From positions 419,949 through 483,948 of the forward strand of contig CAVYLL010000004.1 in the NCBI GenBank assembly GCA_963769345.1: a stretch of 64,000 nt of DNA. Reading direction: 5' to 3'. Source of the DNA: an uncultured Acidobacteriaceae bacterium (GTDB lineage Bacteria; Acidobacteriota; Terriglobia; Terriglobales; Acidobacteriaceae). The notes under the pieces are model-generated. The model had not been told where the DNA came from and made no database searches. It worked only from the letters and a program-made list of their open reading frames with translations. This document shows, piece after piece, positions 44,823 to 55,201 of this stretch; within the stretch, counting starts at the first letter, position 1, and each line of letters starts with the position of its first letter. The position numbers and the translations under genes are program-made.

Positions 44823-45278
44823 TCACCCGACCCGAAGTACCGCGATCAAGAAGCAGACCATTGCGGCCGTAAGCGACGCCACGCGCCAGCGATGCATCGC
44901 ATCCCAACGCCCGTGCTCTTTCAGCGCCGATTCAGGCGCCGCGTCCTCATCAACGCGTGCCAACCGGTTGTTGATCGGCACGAGAAAGAGAATCGTCAGC
45001 ACGATCACCGCAGCCCAGATCGAACTCGCCGCAATTAGCAACAGGTAGCCGGATTCGCGGTGTCTCGACACCGCTTCCGCAATCAACAGCAGAAGCGAGA
45101 TGCAGTACCAGACTGGCATCGCTGCGCCCAACTTTGCTGCGAACAGCCGAATCGCCCGCAGTTCTTCTCGCGCCCCGAGTTTCCGCAGGATGGGATTGAT
45201 GAAGACAGCGACGGCAAACTCCGTACCGATCAGAAGCCCGATGCAGACAGCCGTAAGAACATCCAGTAGAGGTCTCAT
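44823..45278 (-). CDS. DUF1772 / anthrone-oxygenase-like membrane protein
   Basis: GLLIGTEFAVAVFINP, TILFLVPINNRL, WDAMHRWRV; GGAG Shine-Dalgarno; divergent from an HxlR regulator. Confidence 0.75.
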   Translation of the reverse strand: MRPLLDVLTAVCIGLLIGTEFAVAVFINPILRKLGAREELRAIRLFAAKLGAAMPVWYCISLLLLIAEAVSRHRESGYLLLIAASSIWAAVIVLTILFLVPINNRLARVDEDAAPESALKEHGRWDAMHRWRVASLTAAMVCFLIAVLRVG

Positions 45279-45378
45279 ATTCAACTCCTGAGCCTCAGAC
45301 TCTGCACGGCGATAGAATGATTCAGTAAGAGGTGCTGACAAATATGTCAGCGCCGTGTTCCCCGGTCAGGTTTACAAT

Positions 45379-45726
45379 ATGCCGGTTTCAAAAAAGGAGA
45401 TCAGCGAGTGTCCCATCGACGCCATGCTGTCCGTCATCGACGGCCGATGGAAGGGAACCATCCTCTGGCGACTCTCTGAAAGGCCGATGCGCACCAGCGA
45501 ACTGCTGCGCAGCATCCCCGGCCTCACTGAACGCATGCTGATCCGTCACCTCAAAGACCTGGTCGGCGACGGAATCCTAATCCGCCGGCGCGAGCAGGGA
45601 ACTCGCTCACACGTCGTTTACTCAATCTCCGATTACGGAATGACCATGCTGCCGGTGCTCGAGCACATATGCGCATGGGGTCGAAAGCATCTCGATGTGC
45701 GCAGAAGGGACTGCTCGTCGCGCTAG
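45379..45726 (+). CDS. HxlR-family winged-helix regulator
   Basis: CPIDAMLSVIDGRWKGTILW, TERMLIRHLKDL, VVYSISDYG. Confidence 0.9.
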   Translation: MPVSKKEISECPIDAMLSVIDGRWKGTILWRLSERPMRTSELLRSIPGLTERMLIRHLKDLVGDGILIRRREQGTRSHVVYSISDYGMTMLPVLEHICAWGRKHLDVRRRDCSSR

Positions 45727-45791
45727 TCGCGCGCGGGTCTAGGCTGGAGAGGTGTCCGGTGGTGAACCGCCAACCCGAAATCCTTCGACGC

Positions 45792-46667
45792 CTAAAACCA
45801 ACGCTTTATCTTGAAGTAAACCAGAACGGAAATGGTGGATATCGCCATCAATGCAACCGCATAGTCGATGCCATGTGGATTGTCGGCCCACGGCAGATGA
45901 AGATTCATCCCGAAGAACCCCGTGATGATCACCAGGGGAAGAGCCACCGTTCCCCAGATCGTCAGCACTTTCATCACTTCATTGGTGCGATTGGCAACGG
46001 CAGAGAGGTAAATATCGAGCGAGCCGGAGAGAAGGTCCCGGTACGTCTCAATCAGGTCGACCGTGCGAATGATGTGGTCGTAGATGTCGCGAAAGTAGAC
46101 GTCAAGGTCATCGCCCAGTAGACCTTTCTCGCGACGAATCAGGCTGTTCACAACTTCTCTCATTCCCCCAGCCACGCGGCGGAACTCCACCAGCTTGCGT
46201 TTGAGTGAAAAGATCCGGGCCAGCGTCTCGGGATCAGGCCGGTCAAGCACCACGTCTTCAATCTCTGAGATTTCATCTGCAATTTTGTCGAGCACCGGCT
46301 GATAGCCGTCGACGATCTGGTCGACGATCATGTAGAACAGTCGGTCGAGGCGGTCAACCTCTTCCTCGCCGGCCCGTGCGCGCACAGACTCAATCACAGC
46401 AGCATCAGCGCTGCGAACTGATATCAGGAAGTCGTGGCCGAGGAACAGATCGATGTCATCGAATTCGAGCTCGGTTCCTTCATGGATGTGTTTCAGCACA
46501 GCGAAGATGTAGTGATCGTGCTCTTCTGTCTTCGGCCGTTGCGGCCGATGCCGGCAGTCCTCGATCTGCAACTCGTGCAGTCCGAACCGGCTCGCGAGTT
46601 CGTCAAGTTCAGGCGACGCCGGATCGGCGACATCAAACCACGCTAGATGCGAGAGGACTGGATCCAT
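45792..46667 (-). CDS. CorA-family Mg/Co transporter
   Basis: LHELQIED, NEVMKVLT, ITGFFGMN signature, two C-terminal TM helices. Confidence 0.92.
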   Translation of the reverse strand: MDPVLSHLAWFDVADPASPELDELASRFGLHELQIEDCRHRPQRPKTEEHDHYIFAVLKHIHEGTELEFDDIDLFLGHDFLISVRSADAAVIESVRARAGEEEVDRLDRLFYMIVDQIVDGYQPVLDKIADEISEIEDVVLDRPDPETLARIFSLKRKLVEFRRVAGGMREVVNSLIRREKGLLGDDLDVYFRDIYDHIIRTVDLIETYRDLLSGSLDIYLSAVANRTNEVMKVLTIWGTVALPLVIITGFFGMNLHLPWADNPHGIDYAVALMAISTISVLVYFKIKRWF

Positions 46668-46743
46668 GTAGGCCAATTCTAGAGTTTCAAACTGCCGCTT
46701 GGGAACGTTGAGCCATCATCAACACCCCATATCCCCTCGAACA

Positions 46744-48342
46744 CTAGTTGTGCTTCCCCTTCCACTCCGCATACGGCCCCTGGAAGTCTTCAATTCCGTC
46801 CGTCTTGAAGTTCCACAACCGCGTCGCCACTTCATCGATCAAATCGTGATCGTGCGTCACCAGCAGCACCGTTCCCTCGTACCGCTGCAGGGCAATATTC
46901 AACGCGTTGATCGCTTCCAGATCAAGGTGGTTCGTCGGTTCGTCAAAGATCAAAATGTTCGGCTTGGTCAAAATCAGCTTGCAGAACACCAGCCGCGCCT
47001 GCTCACCGCCCGACAGGGCCTTGGTCTGCTTCTCGCCCTCTTCGCCCGAAAAGAGCATCTGCCCGAGAATGCCGCGAATCTCCTCCACGTGTGCCGCTGG
47101 GTTCCAGCGGTGCAGCCACTCCGCTACCGTCAGTCCGTGCTCGATCGTCGATCCAACATCCTGTGGAAAGTATCCGATCTGCGCTTCGTGACCCCAGAAA
47201 ACAGCTCCCGAATCCAGCGTGAAATCCTTGTCCGCAAGCCCGGGATAATTTGCCAGCAGGCTCTTCAACAGTGTGGTCTTGCCCGCACCGTTGCGACCCA
47301 TCAGGCATATCTTTTCTCCGCGCAGCACATTTGCGGTGAATCCATCGATTACCTTTTGGTCGTCATACAGCTTCGTCAGGTGTTTGAACTCGAGCACATG
47401 CTTCCCGCTTGGTCGAATCTGGTCGAAACGAACATACGGCCGTTGAATGTTCGACCGCGCCAGTTCGTTGGTCTGCAACCGTTCCACTTCCTTGCGCCGG
47501 CTTGTCACCTGTGATGAACGCGTGCCCGCGGCAAATCGCGCGATGAATTCATTCAACTGCGCAATCTTCTTATCGCGCTGTGCGTTCTGCGATTCAAGCG
47601 TGGAACGAATCTGCGTCTTCGCCATCACCATCTCATCGTAGCCGCCGCTGTAAATAATGATGGTCTGGTAATCGATGTCCGCCGTATGCGTCGTTACGCT
47701 GTTCAGAAAGTGCCGGTCATGCGATATCGCAATCAGCGTTCCGTCGTACTGGTTCAGAAAATCCTGCAGCCAGTGCACCGACTCGAGATCGAGATAGTTC
47801 GTCGGCTCGTCCAGCAGCAGCGCTTCGGGCTTTCCGAAGAGCGCCTGCGCGAGCAGCACGCGCACCTTCTGGCCACCTTGCAACTCTCCCATCTTGCGTT
47901 CGTGCAGTTCTTCAGTGATGTCCAGGCCATCCAGCAGCACAGCTGCATCAGCTTCCGCCGTGTACCCGTCCTCATCGCCGATCACGCCTTCCAATTCGCC
48001 CAACCGCATGCCGTCGGCATCGCTCAACTCCGCCTTTTCGTAAATCCGATCCCGCTCTTCCAGCGCGCTCCAGAGCGGCTTGTTGCCCATGATGACGGTG
48101 TCGATCACACGATAAGCGTCGAAGGCGAACTGGTCCTGGCGTAACACGCCAAATTTGCGCGGACGCACCACCGTCCCCTTTTGCGCGTCCAGTTCGCCAG
48201 TCAGCACTTTCATGAAAGTGGATTTGCCTGACCCGTTCGGCCCAGTCAACCCATAGCGCCGTCCCTGCGTAAAGTTCACTGACACATCTTCAAACAGCAC
48301 TTTCGCGCCGTAGCGCATCGACACATTACTCACACTCAGCAT
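46744..48342 (-). CDS. ABC-F family ATPase (YbiT-like)
   Basis: Two nucleotide-binding domains (GPNGSGKST, LLDEPTNYLD; GRNGAGKTT, LSGGEQAR, DEPTNHLD); no TM helices. Confidence 0.92.
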   Translation of the reverse strand: MLSVSNVSMRYGAKVLFEDVSVNFTQGRRYGLTGPNGSGKSTFMKVLTGELDAQKGTVVRPRKFGVLRQDQFAFDAYRVIDTVIMGNKPLWSALEERDRIYEKAELSDADGMRLGELEGVIGDEDGYTAEADAAVLLDGLDITEELHERKMGELQGGQKVRVLLAQALFGKPEALLLDEPTNYLDLESVHWLQDFLNQYDGTLIAISHDRHFLNSVTTHTADIDYQTIIIYSGGYDEMVMAKTQIRSTLESQNAQRDKKIAQLNEFIARFAAGTRSSQVTSRRKEVERLQTNELARSNIQRPYVRFDQIRPSGKHVLEFKHLTKLYDDQKVIDGFTANVLRGEKICLMGRNGAGKTTLLKSLLANYPGLADKDFTLDSGAVFWGHEAQIGYFPQDVGSTIEHGLTVAEWLHRWNPAAHVEEIRGILGQMLFSGEEGEKQTKALSGGEQARLVFCKLILTKPNILIFDEPTNHLDLEAINALNIALQRYEGTVLLVTHDHDLIDEVATRLWNFKTDGIEDFQGPYAEWKGKHN

Positions 48343-48504
48343 TTTGTTTCGTTTTCCTATAAGCGAGCTGCGGCGAAGTCTCGGCGCCGCCGGCCCGGGT
48401 TCTGTTTCAAATTTTGCTCAGAGTTTCGGAGCACGCCTATCCGCGCCAGGCTCCGCAAGAACTGCCGCATATCCAGTTTCTCATAGCGGAATAAGAATTA
48501 CACT

Positions 48505-49143
48505 TCACGGAATCCCCACAATCTTGTGCGTCTGCAGACTCAGCCGCCACTTCGGATGTTCCATGCAATACCGCACCGCCATCTCCGTATTGACCGCACG
48601 ATTCGGTCCATCCATCGGCTGCAGGAAAAAATTTCGGAATTCCAACCCCTCGAACTCCGGCGGCTGCGCATTCGCCTGCGGAAACACAAGCTTCAGTTCA
48701 TCGCCTGTCTTCTGCACCAGCCGCGACCCCGCCTTGGGACTTACGCACACCCAGTCAATCCCCGTCGGAGCTTCCACAGTCCCGTTCGTCTCCACCGCAA
48801 TCTCAAAATCGTGTTCGTGCAGCACGTCGATCAGCGTCCGATCCAGTTGCAGCAGGGGCTCGCCCCCGGTGCACACCACAAACCGCCTGCCATCCGTTCC
48901 ACGCCCGGGCCATTTCCCGGTAATCACCGCTGCCAGATCGTCCGCTGTCTCGAATCTGCCTCCACCCTCCCCGTCTACGCCCACAAATTGCGTGTCGCAA
49001 AACCGGCAAATCGCCGACGCCCGATCGCTCTCGCGTCCCGACCACAAATTGCATCCCGCAAATCGGCAGAACACCGCCGCGCGCCCTGCCTGCGCACCTT
49101 CGCCCTGCAGCGTATAGAAAATCTCTTTGACCGCGTAGCTCAT
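48505..49143 (-). CDS. queE: 7-carboxy-7-deazaguanine synthase, Cx14CxxC variant
   Basis: [50 protein letters not shown]. Confidence 0.93.
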   Translation of the reverse strand: MSYAVKEIFYTLQGEGAQAGRAAVFCRFAGCNLWSGRESDRASAICRFCDTQFVGVDGEGGGRFETADDLAAVITGKWPGRGTDGRRFVVCTGGEPLLQLDRTLIDVLHEHDFEIAVETNGTVEAPTGIDWVCVSPKAGSRLVQKTGDELKLVFPQANAQPPEFEGLEFRNFFLQPMDGPNRAVNTEMAVRYCMEHPKWRLSLQTHKIVGIP

Positions 49144-49865
49144 CGCGTTGCCTTTACATCGGGATAGGGCAGGGGATCGTCAATCCCGTTCTCCCGAAAA
49201 CCCTTTCTTCTCAGGAAACACGAGTCGCATTGCCCGCATGGCTCCCCATCCGGCGCGGGGTCGTAGCAGCTGCTCGTCAGGCTGTAGTCAACGCCCAGTT
49301 CCATCCCTCTCTTGATGATCTGCGCCTTCGTCATTTGCATCAGCGGCGCATGGATCACCAGCTTCTGCCGTCCCTCCACCCCTGCCTTCGTCGCCAGGTT
49401 CGCCATCGTCTCAAATGCACGAATAAACTCCGGCCGGCAATCCGGATACCCGCTGTAATCGAGTGCATTCACGCCGATAAACACATCGCTCGCCCCAAGT
49501 ACCTCGGCCCATGCCAGCGCAAACGAAAGAAAGATCGTATTCCGCGCCGGCACATAGGTCACCGGAATTCCGTGCTCCATCTCAGTGCTGTCTCGCCCCT
49601 TCGGCACATCGATATCATCCGTCAGCGCCGATCCGCCGAACACCCGCAAATCAATCGTCGCGACACGATGCCGTGCCACCCCCAGCGACGCCGCGACCCG
49701 CCGCGCAGCCTCAAGCTCGAAACTATGCCGCTGTCCATACGCAAACGACAGGGCGCACACGTCGAAGCCCGCGCTTAGCGCGATCGCCGCCACTGTCGCC
49801 GAGTCCAATCCGCCGCTCAACAGTACTACCGCCGTTTTTTTCGGTTCAGAAGAAACAATCTCCAT
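49140..49865 (-). CDS. queC: 7-cyano-7-deazaguanine synthase
   Basis: [30 protein letters not shown]...CGQCDSC. Confidence 0.95.
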   Translation of the reverse strand: MEIVSSEPKKTAVVLLSGGLDSATVAAIALSAGFDVCALSFAYGQRHSFELEAARRVAASLGVARHRVATIDLRVFGGSALTDDIDVPKGRDSTEMEHGIPVTYVPARNTIFLSFALAWAEVLGASDVFIGVNALDYSGYPDCRPEFIRAFETMANLATKAGVEGRQKLVIHAPLMQMTKAQIIKRGMELGVDYSLTSSCYDPAPDGEPCGQCDSCFLRRKGFRENGIDDPLPYPDVKATR

Positions 49866-50027
49866 CGATGTTCAAGCGACCCCAGCAATCAGAATAAACA
49901 ACCAGCGGACCATTCTGAGAGCCGCTACCTCGCCGTGCCGCTCTTTGCGATCCCGTCCTCGATCAACCGGGTACAGGCTATGAGCTACCAGCCTCACGCC
50001 TTAGAATGATTCTTCGCGCATCTTGCA

Positions 50028-51017
50028 ATGAAGATCTTCCTTACAGGCGCCACCGGATTTGTCGGACATCACGTGGCCAAAGCCCTGGCCGACCAGGGTG
50101 CGGACCTCCGCCTCCTCGTCCGCAAATCCAGCAAGCTGTCCAACCTCGAAGGAATCGCAGGAGATACCGTCGTGGGCGACCTCGCCCGGCCCGACTCCTA
50201 TGCCCCCGCGCTCCAGGGTTGCGATGCCGTCTTGCATGTTGCTGCCGACTACCGCCTCTGGATTCGCGATCCCGATGCGATGTACCGCGCCAACGTCGAC
50301 GGGACTCGAGATTTGTTAAAGCTCGCCCGCGAAGCGCGCGTCCACCGCGTGGTCTACACCTCCAGCGTTGCCACCATGGCCTTCCGCACCGATGGAATCG
50401 TCGTCAACGAAGACACACCCGTGACGATCGACGACATGGTCGGCCACTACAAGCGCTCCAAGTTTCTCGCCGAGCAGCAGGCCATCGCCGCCGCCCAGGA
50501 TGGCCAGCAGGTCATCATCCTCAACCCCACCACTCCAATAGGCCCTAACGACGCCAAGCCCACGCCCACCGGCCGAATCTTCGTCGACTTTCTCAATCGC
50601 AAATTCCCGGCCTACGTCGACACCGGCCTCAACCTCGTCGACGTCGCAGAGGTTGCGCGTACCCACGTCGCCGCACTTGAAGTAGGCAAGCCCGGTCGCC
50701 GTTACATCCTCGGCGGCGAAAACCTCACCCTCAAGCAGATCCTCGACAAGATGTCGGCCATCACCGGCATCCCCTCGCCGAAAACAGAGATTCCTTTTGC
50801 CATCGCCGCCACCTACGCCTTTTTCGAGGAATGGATTACCGGCCGCATCCGAGGCAAAGAACCCCGCGCAACACTAGAAGAAGTCCGGATGGGTCGCAAG
50901 AAGATGTACGCCTCCAGCGCCCGCGCCCAGCAGGAACTCGGCTTCCGCATCGTCCCCGTCTATCCCGCCATGCGCGCCGCCATAGACTGGTTCCGCGCCA
51001 ACGGCTACGCCCCATGA
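50028..51017 (+). CDS. hpnA: Hopanoid-associated sugar epimerase/reductase
   Basis: TGATGFVG, HVAADYRLW, YKRSK, NPTTPIGPNDAKPTPTG; heads the hpn operon. Confidence 0.9.
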   Translation: MKIFLTGATGFVGHHVAKALADQGADLRLLVRKSSKLSNLEGIAGDTVVGDLARPDSYAPALQGCDAVLHVAADYRLWIRDPDAMYRANVDGTRDLLKLAREARVHRVVYTSSVATMAFRTDGIVVNEDTPVTIDDMVGHYKRSKFLAEQQAIAAAQDGQQVIILNPTTPIGPNDAKPTPTGRIFVDFLNRKFPAYVDTGLNLVDVAEVARTHVAALEVGKPGRRYILGGENLTLKQILDKMSAITGIPSPKTEIPFAIAATYAFFEEWITGRIRGKEPRATLEEVRMGRKKMYASSARAQQELGFRIVPVYPAMRAAIDWFRANGYAP

Positions 51018-51691
51018 CCCGAGTCGCCATCATCGCCGCCATGCCCGGCGAACTCAAACCCCTCGTCCGCAACTGGCCGCACTCCACCCGTGGCACCATT
51101 CACTTCTGGGCCCAGCGCACTGAAGAAGAAGAATGGATCGCCGCCTGCGCCGGAGCCGGCCTCGACGCTGCCACGCGTGCCTTCGCGGGAATCGAAGACG
51201 GCGGCCCCATTGACCTCGTCATCTCCATCGGCTGGGCCGGCGCCCTCACCCCCGACATCGCCGCAGGCAGCGCCCACAACTGCGCCGGCGTGATCGACGC
51301 CCGCACCGGCGAGCGATTCAATTGCGATGCCGGCGCCGGCAAGCTGTGGCTGGCAACCAGCCCCAAAGTCGCCGACGAGCCTGAAAAGCTCCGCCTCGCC
51401 TCCACCTATAAAACCGCCCTCGTCGACATGGAAGCCGCCGCTATCGCCCGGCTAGCCGCCATGCGCAGCATCCCCTTCTACGCAATCAAAGGTGTCAGCG
51501 ACCCACTCGACGCTAAACTGCCCGATTTCAACCGCTTTATCGCCCCAGACGGCCAGTTCCAGACCCCGAAGTTTGTTCTTTTTGCTCTCCTTAGACCCTG
51601 GATATGGCCCACACTCGTCAAAATGGGCGAAAATAGTAGAAAGGCTTCCCAAAGCATTGCGGAGCGGCTCCACGAACTTCTGGATGAGTGA
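51014..51691 (+). CDS. Nucleoside phosphorylase family protein, HpnG-like
   Basis: IIAAMPGEL, SIGWAGAL, VDMEAAA, IKGVSD; ATGA overlap with hpnA. The HpnG label rests on context. Confidence 0.75.
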   Translation: MTRVAIIAAMPGELKPLVRNWPHSTRGTIHFWAQRTEEEEWIAACAGAGLDAATRAFAGIEDGGPIDLVISIGWAGALTPDIAAGSAHNCAGVIDARTGERFNCDAGAGKLWLATSPKVADEPEKLRLASTYKTALVDMEAAAIARLAAMRSIPFYAIKGVSDPLDAKLPDFNRFIAPDGQFQTPKFVLFALLRPWIWPTLVKMGENSRKASQSIAERLHELLDE

Positions 51692-51707
51692 GGTCACATC
51701 GACACGG

Positions 51708-52839
51708 ATGGCTACCCAAACCACCAACGCTCAAAGTCATATCGCCACCCGGATTCCCACCACCATGCGCGCCGTAGTCTATCGCGGCATTAACGACATG
51801 CGGGTCGAGACCGTTCCTGTACCCACCATCGGCCCAGGCGAACTCTTGGTCAAGGTCGCCACTTGCGGTATCTGCGGAACCGACCTGAAAAAGATCCACA
51901 CCGGCTCTCACTCCGCCCCCCGTATCTTCGGACACGAAATGTCCGGCACCATCGTCGGTGTCGGCGAGGGAGTAACTCGCTTCCAGGGCGGCGAACGGGT
52001 CGTCGTTCATCACCACGTCCCCTGCGGCGAGTGCTTCTATTGCCGCAAAGGCACCCCCGCCCAATGCCCCCTCTATAAAAAAGTCGGCGTTACGGCCGGC
52101 TTCGAACCGTCCGGCGGCGGCTTCGCGGAGTATATTCGCGTGATGGACTGGGTCGCCTCGAGTTGTGGTGTCGTTCCCATCCCCGACGGCATCCCATTCG
52201 AGCAGGCCGCATTCCTCGAGCCAGTCAACACCGTGCTCAAGGGTGTGAAGATGCTCAACCTCGCCTCCGACGATACGGTTCTCGTAATCGGTCAGGGCCC
52301 CATTGGCCTCATGCACGCCGTGCTCGCCAGCCGTACGGGCGCCCGCGTGCTCACTTCCGATCTCTATCCCGAGCGCCATGCCATCGCCGCCAAATACGGC
52401 CTCAAAGATCCCATCCACGCGGGCAGCGAAAATGTCGTCGAACGCGTCCTTTCAGAGACCGAGGGCCGCGGAGCCGATGCCGTCATCCTCGCCGTGGGCG
52501 GCAACGCCCTCATCCAGACTGCGATGGATGCTGCGCGCTGCGGTGGCAACGTCATGCTTTTTGCCCAGACCCAGCGCGGCGAAGCAACTTTTGATCCCGG
52601 AGTGGTTTGTATGGACGAGAAGACCCTGATGGGGTCCTATTCGTCTTCGTTCGACCTTCTCGACGAAGTCACAGACCTGGTCTTCAAGCGGGTACCGCAA
52701 CGGATTTGACCTGACTCAACTCATCTCGCATCGTTTTCCGCTCGACCAGGCCGTTGCGGCAATCGATGTAGCTTCGCACCCCAAAGCCGACTCGATGAAG
52801 ATTATGATTGAGCCCGTCTCCGGTGCAGGAGCAAAGTAA
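51708..52839 (+). CDS. Zn-dependent medium-chain dehydrogenase 1; frameshift ~52690
   Basis: CGICGTD, FGHEMSG, structural Zn CGECFYC...C, FLEPV, GQGPIG. The C-terminus GFDLTQLISHRFPL...KIMIEP is in a shifted frame and ends at TAA 52837-52839. Confidence 0.88.
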
Positions 52840-54068
52840 TGCCAAACCCGGTAAAACGCGGCCGCCCGACGGTCGAGGACGTCCTCCAGGTCGGCCGAAG
52901 TACCGTCGGAGATGTGCTTCAGATCGGCCGCAATACCGTCGAGGAAGTCCTCCACGTTGGCAGGAGCACCGTTGAGGAGGTCATTCAGGTCGGCCGCAAT
53001 ACCGTCGAGTCCGCTCGCCAGCTCCGCCAGGGAACCATGCAGGCCGCAGTCCTCCACGGCCGCCAGGATATTCGGATTGAAGATGTCCCGGTCCCCCGGG
53101 CAGGCCACGGCGAGCTGATCGTCCGCGTCGGCGCTGCCCTCACGTGCGGAACAGACCTGAAAGTCTTTCGCCGCGGTTACCATGCCCGCATGATCGTCCC
53201 TCCAGCCCTCTTCGGCCACGAGCTGGCAGGAACCGTCGTTGAGGCAGGCGAGGGCGTTGAAGGCTTCGCTAACGGCAGCCGCGTGGTGGCCCTGAATTCC
53301 GCCCCCTGCGGCCAGTGCTACTTCTGCAAGCGCGGGCAGGAAAATCTCTGCGACGACCTGCTCTTCAACAACGGCGCCTATGCCGAATTCATTCGCATCC
53401 CCGCCCGCATCGTCTCCAAGAACACGCTTATTGTTCCCGACCATGTTCCGCTTGAGAACGCCGCACTCACCGAACCCCTCGCTTGCGCCGTCCATGGCTT
53501 TCTTGATTCCAACCCGCATCCTGAGGACACGATCGCAGTAATCGGGGGTGGCCCTTTGGGCCTGATGATGGTCCACGTCGCCGCTCTTTCCGGTTGCAAC
53601 GTCATTTCAATCGTCAAGCACGACGGCCAGGTGATAGCTGCGAAACAGTTGGGGGCAGCTCACGTGATCAAGTCTTCGTCGATTCAGAAAGCCATCCGCG
53701 AAACTCGCGCTCTCACGCCCAATAATCGCGGCGTCGACATCGCCATCGAAGCCGTCGGCGTTCCCGAGGCTTGGGAAGAAGCCGTCGAGATGGTGCGCAA
53801 AGGCGGCACCGTCAACTTCTTCGGCGGATGCGCCGTCGGCACCCATGTCACGCTCGACACCAATCGCATCCACTACAGCGACATCACCCTGCGCGCAACG
53901 TTTCACCATACGCCTGCAATCTGCCGCAAAGCCCTCGACCTCATTGCCAGCGGCCGATTTCAGGCAGGCGCATTCATCACCGGCCACGCTCACCTCTACG
54001 AACTCAATCGCGTCTTTGAGAAGCTGATGAACCGCAGCAGCGAAATCAAAACCGCCATCGTTCCGTGA
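52839..54068 (+). CDS. Zn-dependent medium-chain dehydrogenase 2 with an N-terminal 11-residue repeat extension
   Basis: TCGTD, FGHELAG, CGQCYFC...C, LTEPLAC, GGGPLG; TAATG coupling to the previous gene. Confidence 0.9.
   Translation: MPNPVKRGRPTVEDVLQVGRSTVGDVLQIGRNTVEEVLHVGRSTVEEVIQVGRNTVESARQLRQGTMQAAVLHGRQDIRIEDVPVPRAGHGELIVRVGAALTCGTDLKVFRRGYHARMIVPPALFGHELAGTVVEAGEGVEGFANGSRVVALNSAPCGQCYFCKRGQENLCDDLLFNNGAYAEFIRIPARIVSKNTLIVPDHVPLENAALTEPLACAVHGFLDSNPHPEDTIAVIGGGPLGLMMVHVAALSGCNVISIVKHDGQVIAAKQLGAAHVIKSSSIQKAIRETRALTPNNRGVDIAIEAVGVPEAWEEAVEMVRKGGTVNFFGGCAVGTHVTLDTNRIHYSDITLRATFHHTPAICRKALDLIASGRFQAGAFITGHAHLYELNRVFEKLMNRSSEIKTAIVP
52860..53024 (+). repeat. Five in-frame 33-bp coding repeats
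   Basis: GRPTVEDVLQV / GRSTVGDVLQI / GRNTVEEVLHV / GRSTVEEVIQV / GRNTVESARQL, with many synonymous differences between units. Confidence 0.92.
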
Positions 54069-54128
54069 AGAAGCCGATGCTGACAAGCGCTCAATCTGCC
54101 CATGCCGAATGCCCCAATTTGTATTGGT

Positions 54129-54201
54129 TTTGAAAGGGCACGACTTTAGTCTTGCCGAAAATGCTGCGATGATAGGAAGGAAGGGCTTTAGCCCTGAGGG
54201 A
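54129..54201 (+). repeat. Family-1 two-hairpin element, copy C, directly before hpnC
   Basis: TTTGAAAGGGCACGACTTTAGTCTTGCCG...GGGCTTTAGCCCTGAGGGA. Confidence 0.88.
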
Positions 54202-54204
54202 ACT

Positions 54205-55201
54205 GTGGCGCAATCACAACAAACAGCCGACGCAGAATCAGAACAACAGGCCCTCCTCGCCCTCGCCTGGTCAGCCCTCCCGGCCAGCTATCGCATTCCC
54301 GACAAGGCTCCCACGCTCCAAGAAGCCCGTGCCTGGTGCAAGCACCTCGCCGAAACTCACTACGAAAACTTCCACGTAGCCTCATGGTTCTTGCCTGAAG
54401 CGCTCCGGCCCCACTTCCACGCCATCTACGCCTACTGCCGCGTTTCCGACGATCTCGGCGACGAAGTCGGCGATGCCGCGCAATCTCTGGCCCTTCTCGA
54501 CCTCTGGGGTCACGAACTCGACGCCTGCTATGAAGGCCGCGCGCGTCATCCCGTATTCGTCGCACTCGCTGAAACTATTCGCGCCTGCAATATTCCCAAA
54601 GAGCCATTCGCCGATCTCCTGACCGCATTCCGTCAGGACCAGGCCGTCACGCGCTACGCGAACATGCAAGACGTTCTCGGCTACTGCCGCTACTCCGCGA
54701 ACCCAGTTGGCCGTCTCGTCCTCTACATCTGTGGGTATCGAGACGAAGAGCGCTTCCGCCTCTCTGACGCAACCTGTTCCGCCCTGCAACTCGCCAACTT
54801 CTGGCAGGACGTCCGCGTCGACTTCGTCAAGGACCGCGTCTACATTCCGCAAGACGACATGCAGCGATTCGGCGTCACCGACTGCAATCATCCAGCAGGG
54901 AATTGCGACCCCGGAGTTCCGCGCACTCCTGAAACATGAAGTCGATTTCGCGCGCGGCCTATTTCTTGAGGGCCTGCCGCTCATCAGCATGGTCAACCGC
55001 GATCTCGCCCTCGATCTTGATCTCTTCAGTCGCGGGGGCCTCGAAATCCTCAATGCCATCGAGCGCGAGGATTATGATGTGCTGCGTGCCCGCCCGGCCA
55101 TCTCAAAACGCACCAAGCTGAGCCTGGCACTGCGCGCGGTGAGCGGAAAGTTCCTTCCGTTTCTGCGTCTCGGGGCGGGATCAAAAGGGCAAGCGGCTTG
55201 A
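54205..55201 (+). CDS. hpnC: Squalene synthase HpnC; frameshift ~54890
   Basis: HYENFHVAS, YAYCRVSDDLGDE, YCRYSANPVGRLVL, LQLANFWQDV, DRVYIP, LDLDLFSRGG. Confidence 0.93.

Noticed and set aside
49866-50027. Searched for a preQ1 riboswitch upstream of queC
   Set aside because: No preQ1-type stem with an A-rich tail was seen.
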